The position numbers and the translations under genes are program-made. Positions 1 through 13,100 of a DNA stretch of 64,000 bases are shown here, piece by piece. The notes beneath the pieces are model-generated. The model saw nothing but the letters and a program-made list of their open reading frames with translations. It was not told where the DNA came from and ran no database searches. Source of the DNA: Phoronis australis (taxonomy: Eukaryota > Animalia > Phoronida); assembly GCA_002633005.1 (NCBI GenBank), contig NMRA01000014.1, positions 734,955 through 798,954 on the forward strand. The letters are read 5' to 3'. Positions within the stretch are counted from its first letter, which is position 1, and each line of letters begins with the position of its first letter.

Positions 1-1451
1 TTTTGTCCTACGGAGTCGAAGCCAACATCCGGTCCGAAATAAGCGTTTTAATATATAGATTGCCATTCAAAGCCAATGTTTTGTACTCGGTGCAGTTAAA
101 TTTGTTATGAAGATATAACTTAAGCATATTTTTTAAATGTTTAATATTTTTCAGTACGTTATGGAAAGAATTCAACTATGGCTTTTCGTATTACTTCCAG
201 TGAAAGTTAACTCAAATGCGTTTTCAAATTTTATTGTAAATAAGAAATTACTTTTAGTTAACTTGCGCATCTACTATTACACATTCGGTTCAATAAAAAC
301 AAACTATACTGTTGCTATTTTAAAAATTCGTACTTTTAAATATGAATTTAAAAAGCTTTCAAGTTTTTTATTGTTTAATGTTGCTGTGTGTATGTTTTGA
401 ACGTTTCTGAGGACAAGTCTAGGCTCTTCGTTTCGTCTCACGGCTCGAAAGTTCCACGGTCAGGTTCGATTTTATGTTTATCCCACCTCTGGCAACTTTT
501 CTATACGTAGATGAACTTAAAAACAACTTCAGTGGTGAATTTTTTCCATTCAGCTGAAAATACAGGAAATTGTAAAAATTTCCATGTTATGATATTAGAG
601 GGGTCATTTGATAATCACTTACTTGAGACATGTGGCAATAATTATAGAGGCTTAGAACGCAAAAACTCGAAAAAATACCTTTTCAACACGTCGTGGAGAA
701 TCTACTTCCTGGCAATGCTACCCTGAAAGTTTTTATACATTGAATGCTCTAAGAATTTCTAGAAAAAGTCATCAGATTCACCATTTTGCATCTTAGACAA
801 AATATAAACTCTTTCATCCAACAACAGTTTTCGTCCCTAATAATGCGCTTTTAAATAAGTCAGACTGGCTGCTGTTTTAAATCGGCGTTGTTTTGTTTAC
901 ATCAAAGGTCCAACGTCACATTTTCCATATAAGGCAAATATGCTACGTCTACTATGTCTTTCCATACCAAGTAAGCAGACGTGCTTTGCCTTGTGGGAGA
1001 AAAATCGACGACGTGACCAGCAGTTAACGGATCATTTTTTGAAATTTCAGACTAATGGAAAATGCTTTGACATCAACAGAAATTCAAAATCTTTACGAAC
1101 AAACCGTAATAATACCTGCAGCAAAACTGAGAACTTCAGTTAGAGCAAATGCGTGTATGGCGCTAAACGGTAACAAACGGACATTATAGGCAAAGGCAAC
1201 CTATTTCATGTCATTTTTAGTACAAAATAAGGTTCGTTGATTATCCCAGACATATTTTTCAATTAAATACAGCTTTTCGTAATTTAATTAATTACTCGTC
1301 CCCTACTCCAGGAGTGACGATTAGGGAGTCGAGACTTTGTCGCCATTTCTTTTTGTATAGTCCGACTCTGTGATCTGTCGAGTCAGTCATTGTTCTACCT
1401 CGGTTGTGCTAAGTTCGCTTGTTGTTTGCTTTTGTTTACAAGTCAGTCAAC

Positions 1452-2145
1452 ATGCCACACTGTTGCTGTGTACCAGGATGTACTCATTATCGTCTCACGT
1501 GCACTCTGGATATACCATTACATCGCCTCCGAAAGATAACACACTTCGCCGCACTTGGCTCCTTCTAAAGAACACAGGCTTACCCGTCCATGCAACATAC
1601 AAAGCAGTGGAGAATTATCGAGTGTGTGGCAAGCATTTTCTGCCGTCGGATTACGAAAGAGATATGTACGCTGAATTGAAGACGGTCCCTGCAAAACAAC
1701 GCCTGAAGAAAGGTGCCACTCGCTGTTGATTCCCGGCAGTGCCCAGTCGCCAACCCCGAGTACATTTTTGAAGCAAGAAGCCTCGCGAACTGTGATCACT
1801 ATTAATAGTGACTGCTGGAGGCACTTCATCTACTGTTATCCGTGCCTACAAACGTACCCCAGAGTGTGCAGTTCCGGGAACTAGCAATGATTCGCCCTGT
1901 TCTGTTGTCTAGCCCAGAGTCTGTAAGCAGCCCTGCAGTGATGTTGAGTAGTGGGAATGAATACAGGTCCAGTTCGACACCCAGTGAGGAGGGCAGTTCG
2001 TCGTCCAGTGAACAGCTTGGTGAGCCAAACTTTGATATGTTTATTGTGGACGTGTCTAAAGTATTGGAGCGAGGTGTACGTACGTGTGACGAGGGAGTAA
2101 CATGGCGGTATGTAAGCGGTTTGGGTGCTCAGGTCACCATCCAGG
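1452..2145 (+). pseudogene. THAP-domain transposase fragment (frameshifted)
   Basis: MPHCCCVPGC..LHRL/PKDNTLRRTWL..YRVCGKHFLPSDYERD..RLKKGA (C2CH THAP motif), then a Ser/acidic linker and FIVDVSKVLE. One frameshift near 1528. Confidence 0.8.
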
Positions 2146-2147
2146 GG

Positions 2148-2300
2148 AAACAGCATAGGTATTCCGTTGAGGTCGGCATAACAGTGCAAACCGTGCATTT
2201 GCACCAAGACGTCCCACCACGCCTATCCTCAGTCTTCGCCTCATTCATCTCAACAGCTGCCTGTGCCTGTGGGTACTCTGTCTCGTTATACTAGGGCTCA
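2148..2300 (-). pseudogene. KolX-like (P2X7 C-terminal-like Cys-rich) fragment
   Basis: Minus strand reads MFEP*YNETE...EDRRGGTSWCKCTVCTVMPTSTEYLCC, the F-E-P and W-C-x-C-xx-C-xx-M-P-T-xx-E-xx-C-C signature. Confidence 0.7.
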
Positions 2301-4286
2301 AACATAGACCCACCCACTGACCGTCCGTGAAAAATTCGTCGTCACCAGTGCTGTGACATGGGCGGCGCAGCACTGAAAAAAGTGGCTGGGCTAAAGCCCC
2401 CCAGCCCCCCTGTGGTGCACCGCCCATGAACAATATCTCCGTCACTCACGTCACTACGGTCACTGTGATATGGGTCACAGACTCCAGCCATTTCAGGTTA
2501 CTATAAACTAAACAATCCCTAAATCCAACGTAATTGAGTTGTCTAACAACCTATAGTTGTCGTAGAATACTCGTCGATGGAAACTGGTGACAGCACGAAA
2601 ACAAGAGTAGTACAGATCCTTACAGTAAACTCGAAAGCAGAACCAAGTCGGCGCGTCATTCTTGACTCCATCAACGTCACTTTTGAGGTACATGTAGGAG
2701 ACGAGTAATTAATTAAATTACGAGAAGCTGTAATTAACTGAAAAAAAATATCTGAGATAACCAACGAACCTTATTTTTACTAAAAATGACATGAGAAAGG
2801 TTGCCTTCGCCTTTAATTTTGTAAGCGAAGGGACATTACAGTTTTTACGGACGACAAAATTTGGGGGATTATTGTTGGATGGCATAGAATTTTTGAAGTT
2901 ATAGACAAAAAAACGTATATTTATGAAATGATTACAAATCGCTCATTATCGCGGTTGTCTGTCAGTACATTCACTCAAATCAACTTTCCCAATTACCAAG
3001 TTTAAATTTCTCCCCTGCTTCGAATCCGCGATGGGACTGTTCTTAGAAAATTGCGTAATGCCATAGACTCATTGCGGTTTTCATTTGTGAAGTATGTTAG
3101 TGATCTTTAGTCGCTGCACATCATTCGTTGTTTCAATGTCGGGTTTGTACTTGTTCCGTTTCAATGCACATTGAGCTGTGCGAGTCGTGAGTACTTTGAC
3201 CTGAATATTTAGTTCGAGATTCTCACCTCATGCATAGCTTAACTTTTTAAATGTCACGTGGTCTCGCGATAAAAGTAGCATATTTAAATGTAAGTAATTT
3301 TGCGAAAAATAACGAAACTTTTTAATTCAAAGGAGATGTAATTGAAACATCGTCTCAAGCATTCTAACATTTAAACAAGATTTAGCCCTGTCTGCAGAAC
3401 CTAATATTCCAACTTTATTTTCGTATATGACATATGAACGGCATTACACTCTACACGCCTGATTCTAGCATGAAGCTAGCTCTTAAATTCGTGTCAGACT
3501 ATATACAAATACGACCACCGTAAGCGAGTAATAAGCAGAGTGTAGTCAGGTGTTATGACACGATTTTTCGAGTCAGGAGGTCATATAATTAGAAAATTAT
3601 TAGCGTGCACTCTGGGTTTCTTGAAAACAATTATGAAGAGCATAAGATAATCAACGCCTACGATGCCTACGAAGACTGCGTCTCTGTTCGCTAATTAATT
3701 ACAGAGTGAAAAGCATCAAGCTGTCAATAATGTGATGATCGACATGGATATTAAAGACGCATTTTCATGCTCTTAACTATGCTAATGTATAGCAGGAACT
3801 AAACGGCAATGCTCTTTCAACAAAATCTTCGTTAAACAAAGTGCAGATGTATTCCTTGGCAATTGAAAGTGTGAAACCAAAAAATTCTGCAAATTACCTT
3901 TGGACTAATGACCTACATATAGCTAGCGGGCTCTTATAGCCGGCAGTATGCAGTTCAATGATTTGCAGCGGATCATTTTCGGCACAAAACTTGTTTTTAA
4001 AAACACTTGGAAATTTTCAACCTACTTCATATTCACATCATCGCTATATGTTGTGTTTCTAACTAATTTGGCCAAGCTATCACAGATATAAAGAATTAGT
4101 CGGCAAGTTCCACTTTAAACTAACCGTGGCAATGAACTTGATGATTAGAATGACAAAAATCTAAATTTTGTGTGTAATTTTTGTCTTCAGTAGGCTCTAG
4201 AAGCCTTAATAATTGTGAGAAGTCTGAATATTCTCGCTGTTCATGACTCGCCATGCCTACATCTTTGCACAGTATAGTTAAATTAT

Positions 4287-5440
4287 GTCCAGTGCAATAG
4301 GCAGTGAAATGACGTGCGTGACACGTTAATCTTTATTTTTCTCATTGCTCAAAAGTCTAGCGCGAATATATACTAGTTAATTACTATAATTGGAACTTGT
4401 GTGTTTGCGATGTATAGTCGGTCATATAGGTCTGTTTGATTTAGATTTACCTATGCACAATCTAGTTATACTCAATGGCAACCAGTTAAGAACATGCCTA
4501 CTAAAATTTCCTGCATGCCAAGCTACATACGACTGGCGTGGAAATTACAATTTACGGCATTGGAATTTGGGTTTATGTTCAAATGTCGCGTAAATTGATA
4601 TGAATTTCATTTATTCCATGACGCGATCTAAAATTTTTCTTTGAAACACAAGGACCTGGCAATTCTTTTCAAGTCAGAATTCAAACCTATTTTACCCAAG
4701 GAGCACATTGAGGCCAATTTCATAACGGCAAGTGATCTATATGTACAGTAAATCTATAGGGTTTAGCGCAGCTTTTGCCATTTTGTGTTNTTTTGACATT
4801 AAAAACACCAATTATGATTAGTTAAATAATTTCTCTTAAAAATAATGCAGAAGCTTTTTACGGTATTGGAAACTTTCGGAAATTAGTGCCAATATTTATT
4901 TGCCGATGCTATGTTACCCGATTAATCTTCGATGACAGTCCAGTGCAATAGGCAGTGAAATGACGTGCGTGACACGTTAATCTTTATTTTTCTCATTGCT
5001 CTAAAGTCTAGCGCGAATATATACTAGTTAATTATTGTAATTGGAACTTGTGTGTTTGCGATGTATAGTCGGTCATATAGGTCTGTTTGATTTAGATTTA
5101 CCTATGCACAATCTAGTTATACTCAATGGCAACCAGTTAGGAACATGCCTACTAAAATGTCCTGCATGCCAAGCTACATACGACTGGCGTGGAAATTACA
5201 ATTTACGGCATTGGAATTTGGGTTTATGTTCAAATGTCGCGTAAATTGATATGAATTTCATTTATTCCATGACGCGATCTAAAATTTTTCTTTGAAACAC
5301 AAGGACCTGGCAATTCTTTTCAAGTCAGAATTCAAACCTATTTTACCCAAGGAGCACATTGAGGCCAATTTCATAACGGCAAGTGATCTATATGTACAGT
5401 AAATCTATAGGGTTTAGCGCAGCTTTTGCCATTTTGTGTT
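4287..5440 (+). repeat. Near-identical 503-bp direct duplication (4287-4789 and 4938-5440)
   Basis: Offset 651 nt, about 5 substitutions seen. The first copy ends exactly at an N (4790). Confidence 0.9.
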
Positions 5441-5534
5441 AAGAGGTCCTTCGTTTTTGCTAATGGATCGTGAAAACGCAACTGAAAACGTACTCTTAAT
5501 CATGTTAATAAAAATGACGACGGGTTTAAACTGG

Positions 5535-5576
5535 CTTGACATGTTTCGGCGTTCATCAAAACACCATCATTAGAAG
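5535..5576 (-). ncRNA. Degenerate minimal hammerhead ribozyme (Penelope pLTR type; G5>A)
   Basis: Minus strand CUU-CUAAUGA-U-GGUGUU(uugaug)AACGCC-GAAA-CAUGUC-AAG. Stem II pairs, stem III is the palindrome ACAUGU and the cleavage triplet is GUC, but the CUGAUGA core is mutated. Confidence 0.55.
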
Positions 5577-5780
5577 AAAAAATAGTGGCCATCTTGCTAG
5601 GCCCAACAACAAGTAATGATACACAGACACGGTCAGTTACAGTGTTGGTCGGGAAAACAATATAACATGTTCATGTAAACAGCAGCAGGAGCATCAAGAC
5701 GCGCCGCTCAAACAACCAAAAAGGGAGATTGCATCGAAAAACAATAGCATCGATTGGCATATGAGGAAGTTTACTGTTTT

Positions 5781-6072
5781 CTGTACACTCTACTATTGTT
5801 TGACAGTGTTCACAAAATTATTATCTGTACAATCTACAATTATTTGCCAGTGTTCACAAAACCACTATCTGTACACTCTGCCATTGTTCGTCAACATTCT
5901 TAAAACCCCTCTATGTATACTCTGCCATTGTTTGCCAGTGTTCACTAAACCACTATCTCTTCAGTCTACCATTGTTTGCCAGTGTTCACAAAACCACTCT
6001 CTGTACATTCTATCATTGTTCATCAACGTTCTCAAAACCACTATCTGTACACTCTACCATTGTTTGTCAGTG
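5781..6072 (+). repeat. 44-bp minisatellite, ~6.5 copies
   Basis: Unit ctgtacactctaccattgtttgccagtgttcacaaaaccactat recurs every 44 nt. Confidence 0.9.
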
Positions 6073-7719
6073 TCCAGGACTAGTATCAAAATAAGGAGAC
6101 AAGTGTCAAAATAATGACGATAAATGCATTTAACAAGTTAAATTTAATTTAATGAAATAACGCATAAGTAGTCTCTAGCACGAATGACATGAGAGTTGGG
6201 TACAAACTTGAGAAATGTCAATCTAACACCTTACAAACCCTAAAGGTAGTGTGAGACCTTATCAGTCGATAAGGTCCTGCACGTCTCTGCATCTCAACAA
6301 ATATAAAAAGCTAAACAAATTAGCTATGTAAAAGTACGAATTTTATGAAAGCAGAAAGTTCGTAGACTTTGGTTTTTCATCATTTGGGTTACGCGGACAG
6401 GTCTTGTTTGTAAAATTTGGCAAAAACAAAAAAAAACAGATTCATAACAAAACAGCGTCATCAGTAACATAACCAGATTTCTTTTAATACAATAAATGTA
6501 ACAATATGAAATCTCAAAAACACGTAATGATTGAGTTTTTCATCACAAAAGTTCCAATTTGATAGCTCCTCATACAGACTGAACATTTTTGAAATGATTC
6601 TTAAGAGCGTGTTAGAGAACACACAAAACATAGTATCTAATAGTTTCATTGTAGTGTAATCAACCATTTCTGAGTAATGACGTTTCGAAGTAATTTAGAT
6701 ATTTCTCTAAGGATCCTACGCAACTGCAACAGAAGTAGTTAATCTCCACTTTGCTAAATTTTCAATTTCAAAAGACTATTATGTTTTGTACTGTTAAGAC
6801 TGTACATGATAATTTGTACTTTCTACCCCGGTGTAAAGTACACAAAAAGAATGTCATGTACATGCCACCGTAGTTCTGAGACTTGCCACCGTAGTTTTGA
6901 GATTTTCCCTCAACGTTCATCCTTTAGACCACTCCTGGGTCGTGCTCAGTAACTGCAGTTCGTACAGCATAGATTCGAGTGCTCTGATACGCCTGAAAAT
7001 GTAACAATTGTTACATTTCAGTGGTGGATCTACGTTTTCAGTAAGGGGGGTTTAGGATTCCCGCAAAGGTAGAATCCTAGGCGCGTTGCGCCGCCGAGCG
7101 GGGGCAGGTCGGGAGGGGGTGTAAGACATTTTTTGTTTTTGTAGCCAAATAGTGAAGCTTCCATGCATCCTGGTAAGTTTCTGGCACTTAACATGTCTCT
7201 GGAGTTTTTCTTAAGATAATTAAAAACCCTTCTCGATTTCGTCACATGAACGTGGCTCATAAGTTTCGTGAAACCATATTGTGCACATCTGGGTATGAGT
7301 CACGCCATCAGCAAAATTTTTTGTTGGAAAGTCTGCTTACACACATATTTTTTAGCATACAAAAAGTCATATACGTAAAAGTGTGGTGTGTATACAGGGG
7401 TTTAGACAACTTTCAAATATTCAAGAGCATAAGGAGCACTGACGGGGCGTAAAAACTTGAATATCAGATGATCGCGTAACAACAGCCTCAAGTTGTTTAA
7501 GAATGAAGACCTGTATTGTTAGTCCGGAAATAAACATGTGTTCTGTCTCGTTACGAGAAAAACTGACGAACAATGGTGCTCTCAGCCCATAGTCTATTAT
7601 TAAAAGCGACAATAAATAACTAAGTATCACTTTATTAAGCTGAATTACGTTGACAACAATTGAAAAACGTCAAATGTATCAGGAAACAAATCATCTGAAA
7701 ACAGTTTCACGAAAACAAA

Positions 7720-8035
7720 ACATCCTGTGCACAGTGGTGAAAAGATGTACTGCACTAGTTAGCAGAGGGACCAGATGTACACTGAGAGTACACAAAAAGG
7801 CTGACCTGGTCCGTCACGAGACCAAGAGTACACCTGTGCTTATTATCCCTATAAAAACAGTCGATCTGTCGCGGGACCAAACAGACTGAGTACTGGCTGA
7901 GATAAATAGTTTTACAAAGCACACGTTGGTAAAAAAATCACAAGACTAGTTCGCCGACGGACCAGAAGTACACTGAAACTAAATATCTACACAAATCAAG
8001 CTGGCCTGGTCTGTCGCGAGACCTAAAGTGTACTA
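7720..8035 (+). repeat. Degenerate tandem repeat
   Basis: Recurring gacca..gtacactg and ctgacctggtc.gtc.cgagacc motifs. Confidence 0.5.
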
Positions 8036-8111
8036 TGCAAAAAAATTGAATTGAAAACTTCTCTCTAGACACTTTTTAATCCCCAGTGGTTACTCATACA
8101 TGTACGTTAGT

Positions 8112-8480
8112 CCTATCCTTCCGTTGTCTAGATTGCCGAGGAATTTGTATATCGGATCCAATGGTTTGTTCGTTTTGGAATCATTCTACCCAGATATCTT
8201 CGATGTTTGTTCCTAACGCTTGCACTTCGTCAACTGCCGTGCCAATGAGCTTGTAAGCCACTACAATGTCAGCATCTCGTTTCGCAGCTCAGTTGGCACT
8301 AAGACCCTTGAGGTTGCCAAGTCCATTCAAAAGACTTACATGCGCAACTAAATTTGATCCGTTCATGATGGCTACTTCAAACCTTGACGATGTATCCCCG
8401 GACCTTTTTGCATCTCTTGCAATTTTCGAAATAAACGTCACAATGTCTGAACGCTTGAAACCAGACATACTAACATCAAA
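8112..8480 (-). pseudogene. hAT transposase fossil (THAP12/P52rIPK/ZMYM1-like type)
   Basis: Minus strand reads LLNGLGNLKGLSAN*AAKRDADIVVAYKLIGTAVDEVQALGTNIEDIWVE*FQNEQTIGSDIQIPRQSRQRKDR, resembling the hAT LS..LQ....DI..A...I..V...L...PR...RQ..R region; has stops. Confidence 0.65.
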
Positions 8481-9081
8481 TAAATGCCCATGGGCATTAG
8501 CGTTTCATCGGGGGGGGGGCTTTCTACGGAAATGCCCAGTATAGAAGACGGCAGTGTGCTTATTGCAGGTAGAAAGACGGTAGTTGTTAAGGTCGAAACT
8601 AGGGCTCCTTAGGAGGCCTGTGGAACATCGCACGAGTCCCGCAAGACTTTTTTGTGAAAGAATAGCCTTCCCGCAACTTCTGGTACTGTACACTGTTCGC
8701 GAATGCGGTCACTTTGTCAATGTGAGTGCCCCCTTGGTCATTCCTTGTATAGACATAACTTGTTAGAGTGTATCTTCAAACGGACTCGCGACCAGACCAC
8801 GGCGCCCGCCACAATAGCAATTCTTTGGAAAGAGATTTTTTTCAAAAATATTACATGTACATGTACACTGTTTGATATTGCGCAAGACAACTTTACTATA
8901 CATCTGTTACAAACGTGTGGAGTGTAATAGAATGACACGGCAGATGAGGTTAAAACGTTGCACGTCAATTCGCCTGAATATCAGGGTTGCGGTATTACAG
9001 TATTTCCCCTAATCAAATCAAAACATATCTTAGAGGAAAGAAGCTAGTTACCTAAAGAAATCAGCTATAGAACTGCTCTTT

Positions 9082-9377
9082 CAGCGGTGGATCCATCTAA
9101 AATGCTTGGCTACGTCAGAAGTGTCGACGGAAGCGCGCGCACAATTGATCTCCGCGCGTTTTGCCGATGAGCCACGAAGACTCAGCAATTCGCAATGCAA
9201 AAAATTATATTTTAGAGTGACCCCACCTCAATTTTTTCCAAGTTGGTTTACTTGGGGTTTACACACGCTAGCGGTGCCGTTTTTGTTTTGCTGGAGGCGC
9301 TTTTGTTTTTTTATTTTTGGGTCCTGGCCCAAGGGGGGGGTTTAAACCCCCTGAATCCTCTCGTAGATCCGCCATTG
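9082..9377. mobile_element. CAGTGGCGGA-type MITE (hAT-like)
   Basis: Termini cagcggtggatc...gatccgccattg with G/C-run subterminal hairpins. Related ends at ~7020, 27923, 45400, 56672 and 58641. Confidence 0.65.
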
Positions 9378-9911
9378 CATTATACGGCGTATCAGTGCTC
9401 ACTTAAGCTGGGTATATCACGACAGTCGATGCGGCATAGAATAATGGCAGGCCCCAAACTTCTAATGTGAGGTCGAAATAGGTACTTTACAAATATACGA
9501 TGGGGCCATGTTTTTGATAGTGGGCGTAGATGTCAGGCAAAAGACCAGGAAATGAAAAGCTTTCTTTAGACTGAAACAACACAGACCTTTCAAAATAGTC
9601 GGCTGCAGTATCACATGTATGGCTCAAGTGCAAATTCAGCATTTTTTGTTCTGAACAAAAAGCCGTCTATTTTCATGGTAAGATTTATATCAGGCATAAA
9701 TAGGATAATGGGTATTACGCCAAATGATGCTTGACTTAGGTAGAATATGGCATATTTAGCAATGTGCTCCGGCATAGTATTCGAGAATCGTGCAAGACAG
9801 AATTGCGTTATACAATATTTGTATTATTGCTTAAACATATTCTTGACTTCTTATTGGTTACAAATTGCTGGTGACATGTTTTCTGCGTTTACTGCACCTT
9901 GACCGTTTCAG

Positions 9912-10113
9912 GACATTCACGAATGTCCTACAATCACATGTCGCAGCCCATGTGAACTGCGTCTCCCGTGGCAACACTGGATGAAGACAAAGTGGCTGCA
10001 ATACGCCTTCGCAGTTATTTCCCTAAACCCTGTTTACCTGAATCAACTATTGCCTGACTATATGGCGGGACAGGGTGATGGTAGTGCCATTTATAACTCA
10101 AAACATTACACAG
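9912..10113 (+). CDS. Calpain-like exon: start of protease core; catalytic Cys position carries Lys
   Basis: ttcag acceptor and G|gtaag donor. Translates DIHECPTITCRSPCELRLPWQHWMKTKWLQYAFAVISLNPVYLNQLLPDYMAGQGDGSAIYNSKHYTG, which aligns to calpain EI..NP..Q-G-x-L-G-D-C-W-L-L-A-A-I-A-S-L-T-L..Y-A-G. Absent from the ORF track. Confidence 0.8.
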
Positions 10114-13100
10114 GTAAGAACATACAAATGACATGATGTGGAGTGAACATTTTCAGATACCAGTCTCGGAAGATTTCTGCAGCATATTTGGCAATGGTAT
10201 TCTTTCTTGCTATTCTATATGAATCATGCAATATTAAGTATTGTTTACACCCTTTCTTCACAATCGTCCTTTAGATAGTAATTTTAACCATTTCGCCACT
10301 TTGATTGAAAACGCCCTTTCATTTCCTGTAAGGAAAAGCACATTTAATCGGCAAATGCCGAATTAATTAATCGGCTACCCGATGTTCCGGAGTTCACTAT
10401 TATTTGTCCTCTTTCCCATGTACACTATTTACAAATTCAAGTACACAACTAACCTTGCGAAAAATGTCATCAGGAATCGAATTAAGGTTGTTGTACAATA
10501 AACACGAGGTGAATGAAGCGAGCTCAGTTGCCAGTGGAGTCTCTTCTCAATAGCGTCAGTGAATGAAGAGAAGGAACGCTGTTCCCTACTTAAGCTCAAC
10601 TCACCCAGTTGCAATCGTTAGTTGATTTAAAGACATGTTCGACTGAGGATTTCATATTTCTTTTCTAAACATCTTGTGTCTGGTTCATAAAGGTGACGTC
10701 AGACGTGAGACGGAAATTAGGTCTTATCTTCACATTTTACCATTTTTCAAAAAAGCTCAGTCGAGCATGTCATGGTCTGGAAAAAATATGGAAATTATGT
10801 CACTATCAGTTATGTGTATATTTCAGAGGCTTTGCATTTTTGCTAAAGTAAGATTTAATTAATTTTCAGGAATACGTGTCTGGAGCATAAGACCAAGTTC
10901 ACTGACTCGAGTCTTGCGTCACTTTTCATGTGACAGACATCCGGGACCCGTTTCATGAGAATTGTTTTTGTTTCACCTTGGAAATCGGGCTAACCTTACA
11001 TTAAAAAGCCCGTTTCATGAAATTTCGTACGACCAAATTAAGACCAAAATCGGTCTAAGATTAGACCGAAAATTAGCTTGCTACGGAGACGGCTTATAAA
11101 GGGAAAGCAACTATTTTGTATGTTACCTTGAATTACCTGAATTACCTTCTACGAGTGGGTTCACAGAAGATATTTAGCACAACTCTCCATATGTACTCCT
11201 ACTGGAGATATGCTGAAGGGTATTGTGGGATATGTTTCCCCTAGCGAGCTGATTGTGAAGTCTTCTCAGAGGAACTTTCCGGTGGCTGGAAGCTTCCTGG
11301 CCAAAGAGAATCTCTACTCGCAGAAGGAGAAAGCCCTCGCTTATAATCGCCCAGTTGTTCTGTTGTTCGGAGCACAATGTTACGGTGTCCAATCAGCTTG
11401 ACGTCAGGTCCATAAAGCTTCAATGGCACTGGTATCACAGCCTGGCTAACGGGTTGCTCATTCACAACAACGCCGGCATGGAGTGGGCATTCCTCCCGGA
11501 AGAAGAACGAGTCGTATGGGAGTAGACCAGAGCGGATATTAGTCAGCACAGCCATAGAGTTTGATGGTCGTCGTCGCAGCAGGGCGCAGCTCAGAGGGGC
11601 ACAGGAGAGCTTGTAGGACTGCCTCGTGCTCCATACGTTTGCTGCTAGTGTAGACATCATGGCAGTCACGTCCTTCTGCAAGAGTCAGATCAATCTGGCA
11701 GATCAGGTATCCCCAACCAGCCCGGTTGGTATCCTAACAGGAGGAGGCGTTATTGGCCACTATCAAGGCATCATCCCAACCTAACTTCCAGAACATATGC
11801 CGACACATCGCTTCGGCGTTGCCCTCAGGCCAATCTACACTCTGCTGAAGACTACAACAAGTGCTGGCTCCTCTCCGTGGTCCTCCAGTTGAAGCCATGC
11901 TGGTGAGTCGGCAATTCGGTGCTGACCGACCGTGGTAACAGCTGAAATTGTTGCGTCAGATATTCATGAGAACCTGGACAGTCTCTGTTGCACCAAAGTT
12001 CTGGGAGGGCGTGGACGCAAGTTCCCTTTAAGAGGAATGCATATCATTGGCTGTCTTGTAGAGACCTTGTCTTGGTTTTTATTATAGTTCCCTTGGCGTG
12101 TGTATATTATCCATGGAACAATGGAAAGTGACGTCAACGGCTCAACCAATGGCCAACATCTTGTTTCTACATTCATATCTTACACTCAATTTAACACAGA
12201 CTGTGCAAGTCCTTCGTGTTTTGGTCACTGAGAATGAATACAGAAGCAAGATGCTGGCCGGTTATTGGGCCATTTACATTGACTTCCTGCTGTTCCGTGG
12301 CTAGTAAATACTCGCCAAAGAGCAGTAATTTACACAGAACAAGGGGACCAGGGATCTGCATTTTTATTTTAAAAAGATAACATCTAAAATGGCTGCTTTC
12401 TCTTAAGATTGGATTTCTGGTCGAAGTGACCAAGATTTATGGCCATCATACCGTAAACTTCGAGGAAAAAATTACATTGAAATCTAGTATCCCTGAACTA
12501 TGCTAATTGCTTTCGTTTCAAAAACCGGCAAATCACCATAGACAATGCAGTACGACTTACCTCCAAATGATAAATGATATTTTCTTGGCATACCAGGGTC
12601 TTCTCAAGAAAACGAGATCACCACTGTATCCAAAATATAATATAAACCTAGAGTTTCAACACCAAAATTTTTTCTTGAAACGGTGTTTTCACACACACTG
12701 CCTCGCAACAGGTGGCGAAAGCGTAGTTTGTATGATTAACTTTGTCAAAAACTGACTTATGTAGTGGTGTTCATGAAACCTATCCTAGCCGGAATTTTGG
12801 TCTTAACACGGAAAAATGTTTGGTCAGACTTAAAAGTCACTTTTCATAAAAGGGGTCACTCGGGGACCAGTTTCGTGAAAACGACTCAGGCGGAACTCTA
12901 CGTAGAGTTCGGTAACCCAAGAACCTCGCTGAAAAGCAAGACTACGCGAGATTACGTGAGATATTGCCGCGTACTTCGAATGAGAACACGTGATTTTAGC
13001 GAGATCCTAACGTAGGTCCTAGGGTTACTGAACTCTACCCTGGTCTAAGATTTCTACTTCACAAGGGTTTGGCCAAGTAATTATGAGACATCTCAGTCTA

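Larger units (their letters stand above)
1188..2812 (+). mobile_element. Internally deleted Kolobok DNA transposon (THAP-transposase 5' part on +, KolX 5' part on -)
   Basis: ~120-bp imperfect TIRs (aggcaaaggcaacc...ggttgccttcgcct) flanked by TTAT/TTAA. Contains a THAP domain and a convergent Cys-rich WCKCTVCTVMPTSTEYLCC segment of the P2X7-C-terminal-like KolX type. Confidence 0.8.

Noticed and set aside
9570-9677. Candidate upstream calpain exon (phase 0, strong gtaaga donor)
   Set aside because: Open and in phase but lacks the expected F.D..FP / W.RP motifs. The true 5' exons remain unidentified.
11174-12176. GC-richer ORFs up to 146 aa inside the Harbinger-like element
   Set aside because: No convincing transposase or Myb/SANT motif could be read; multiple stops.
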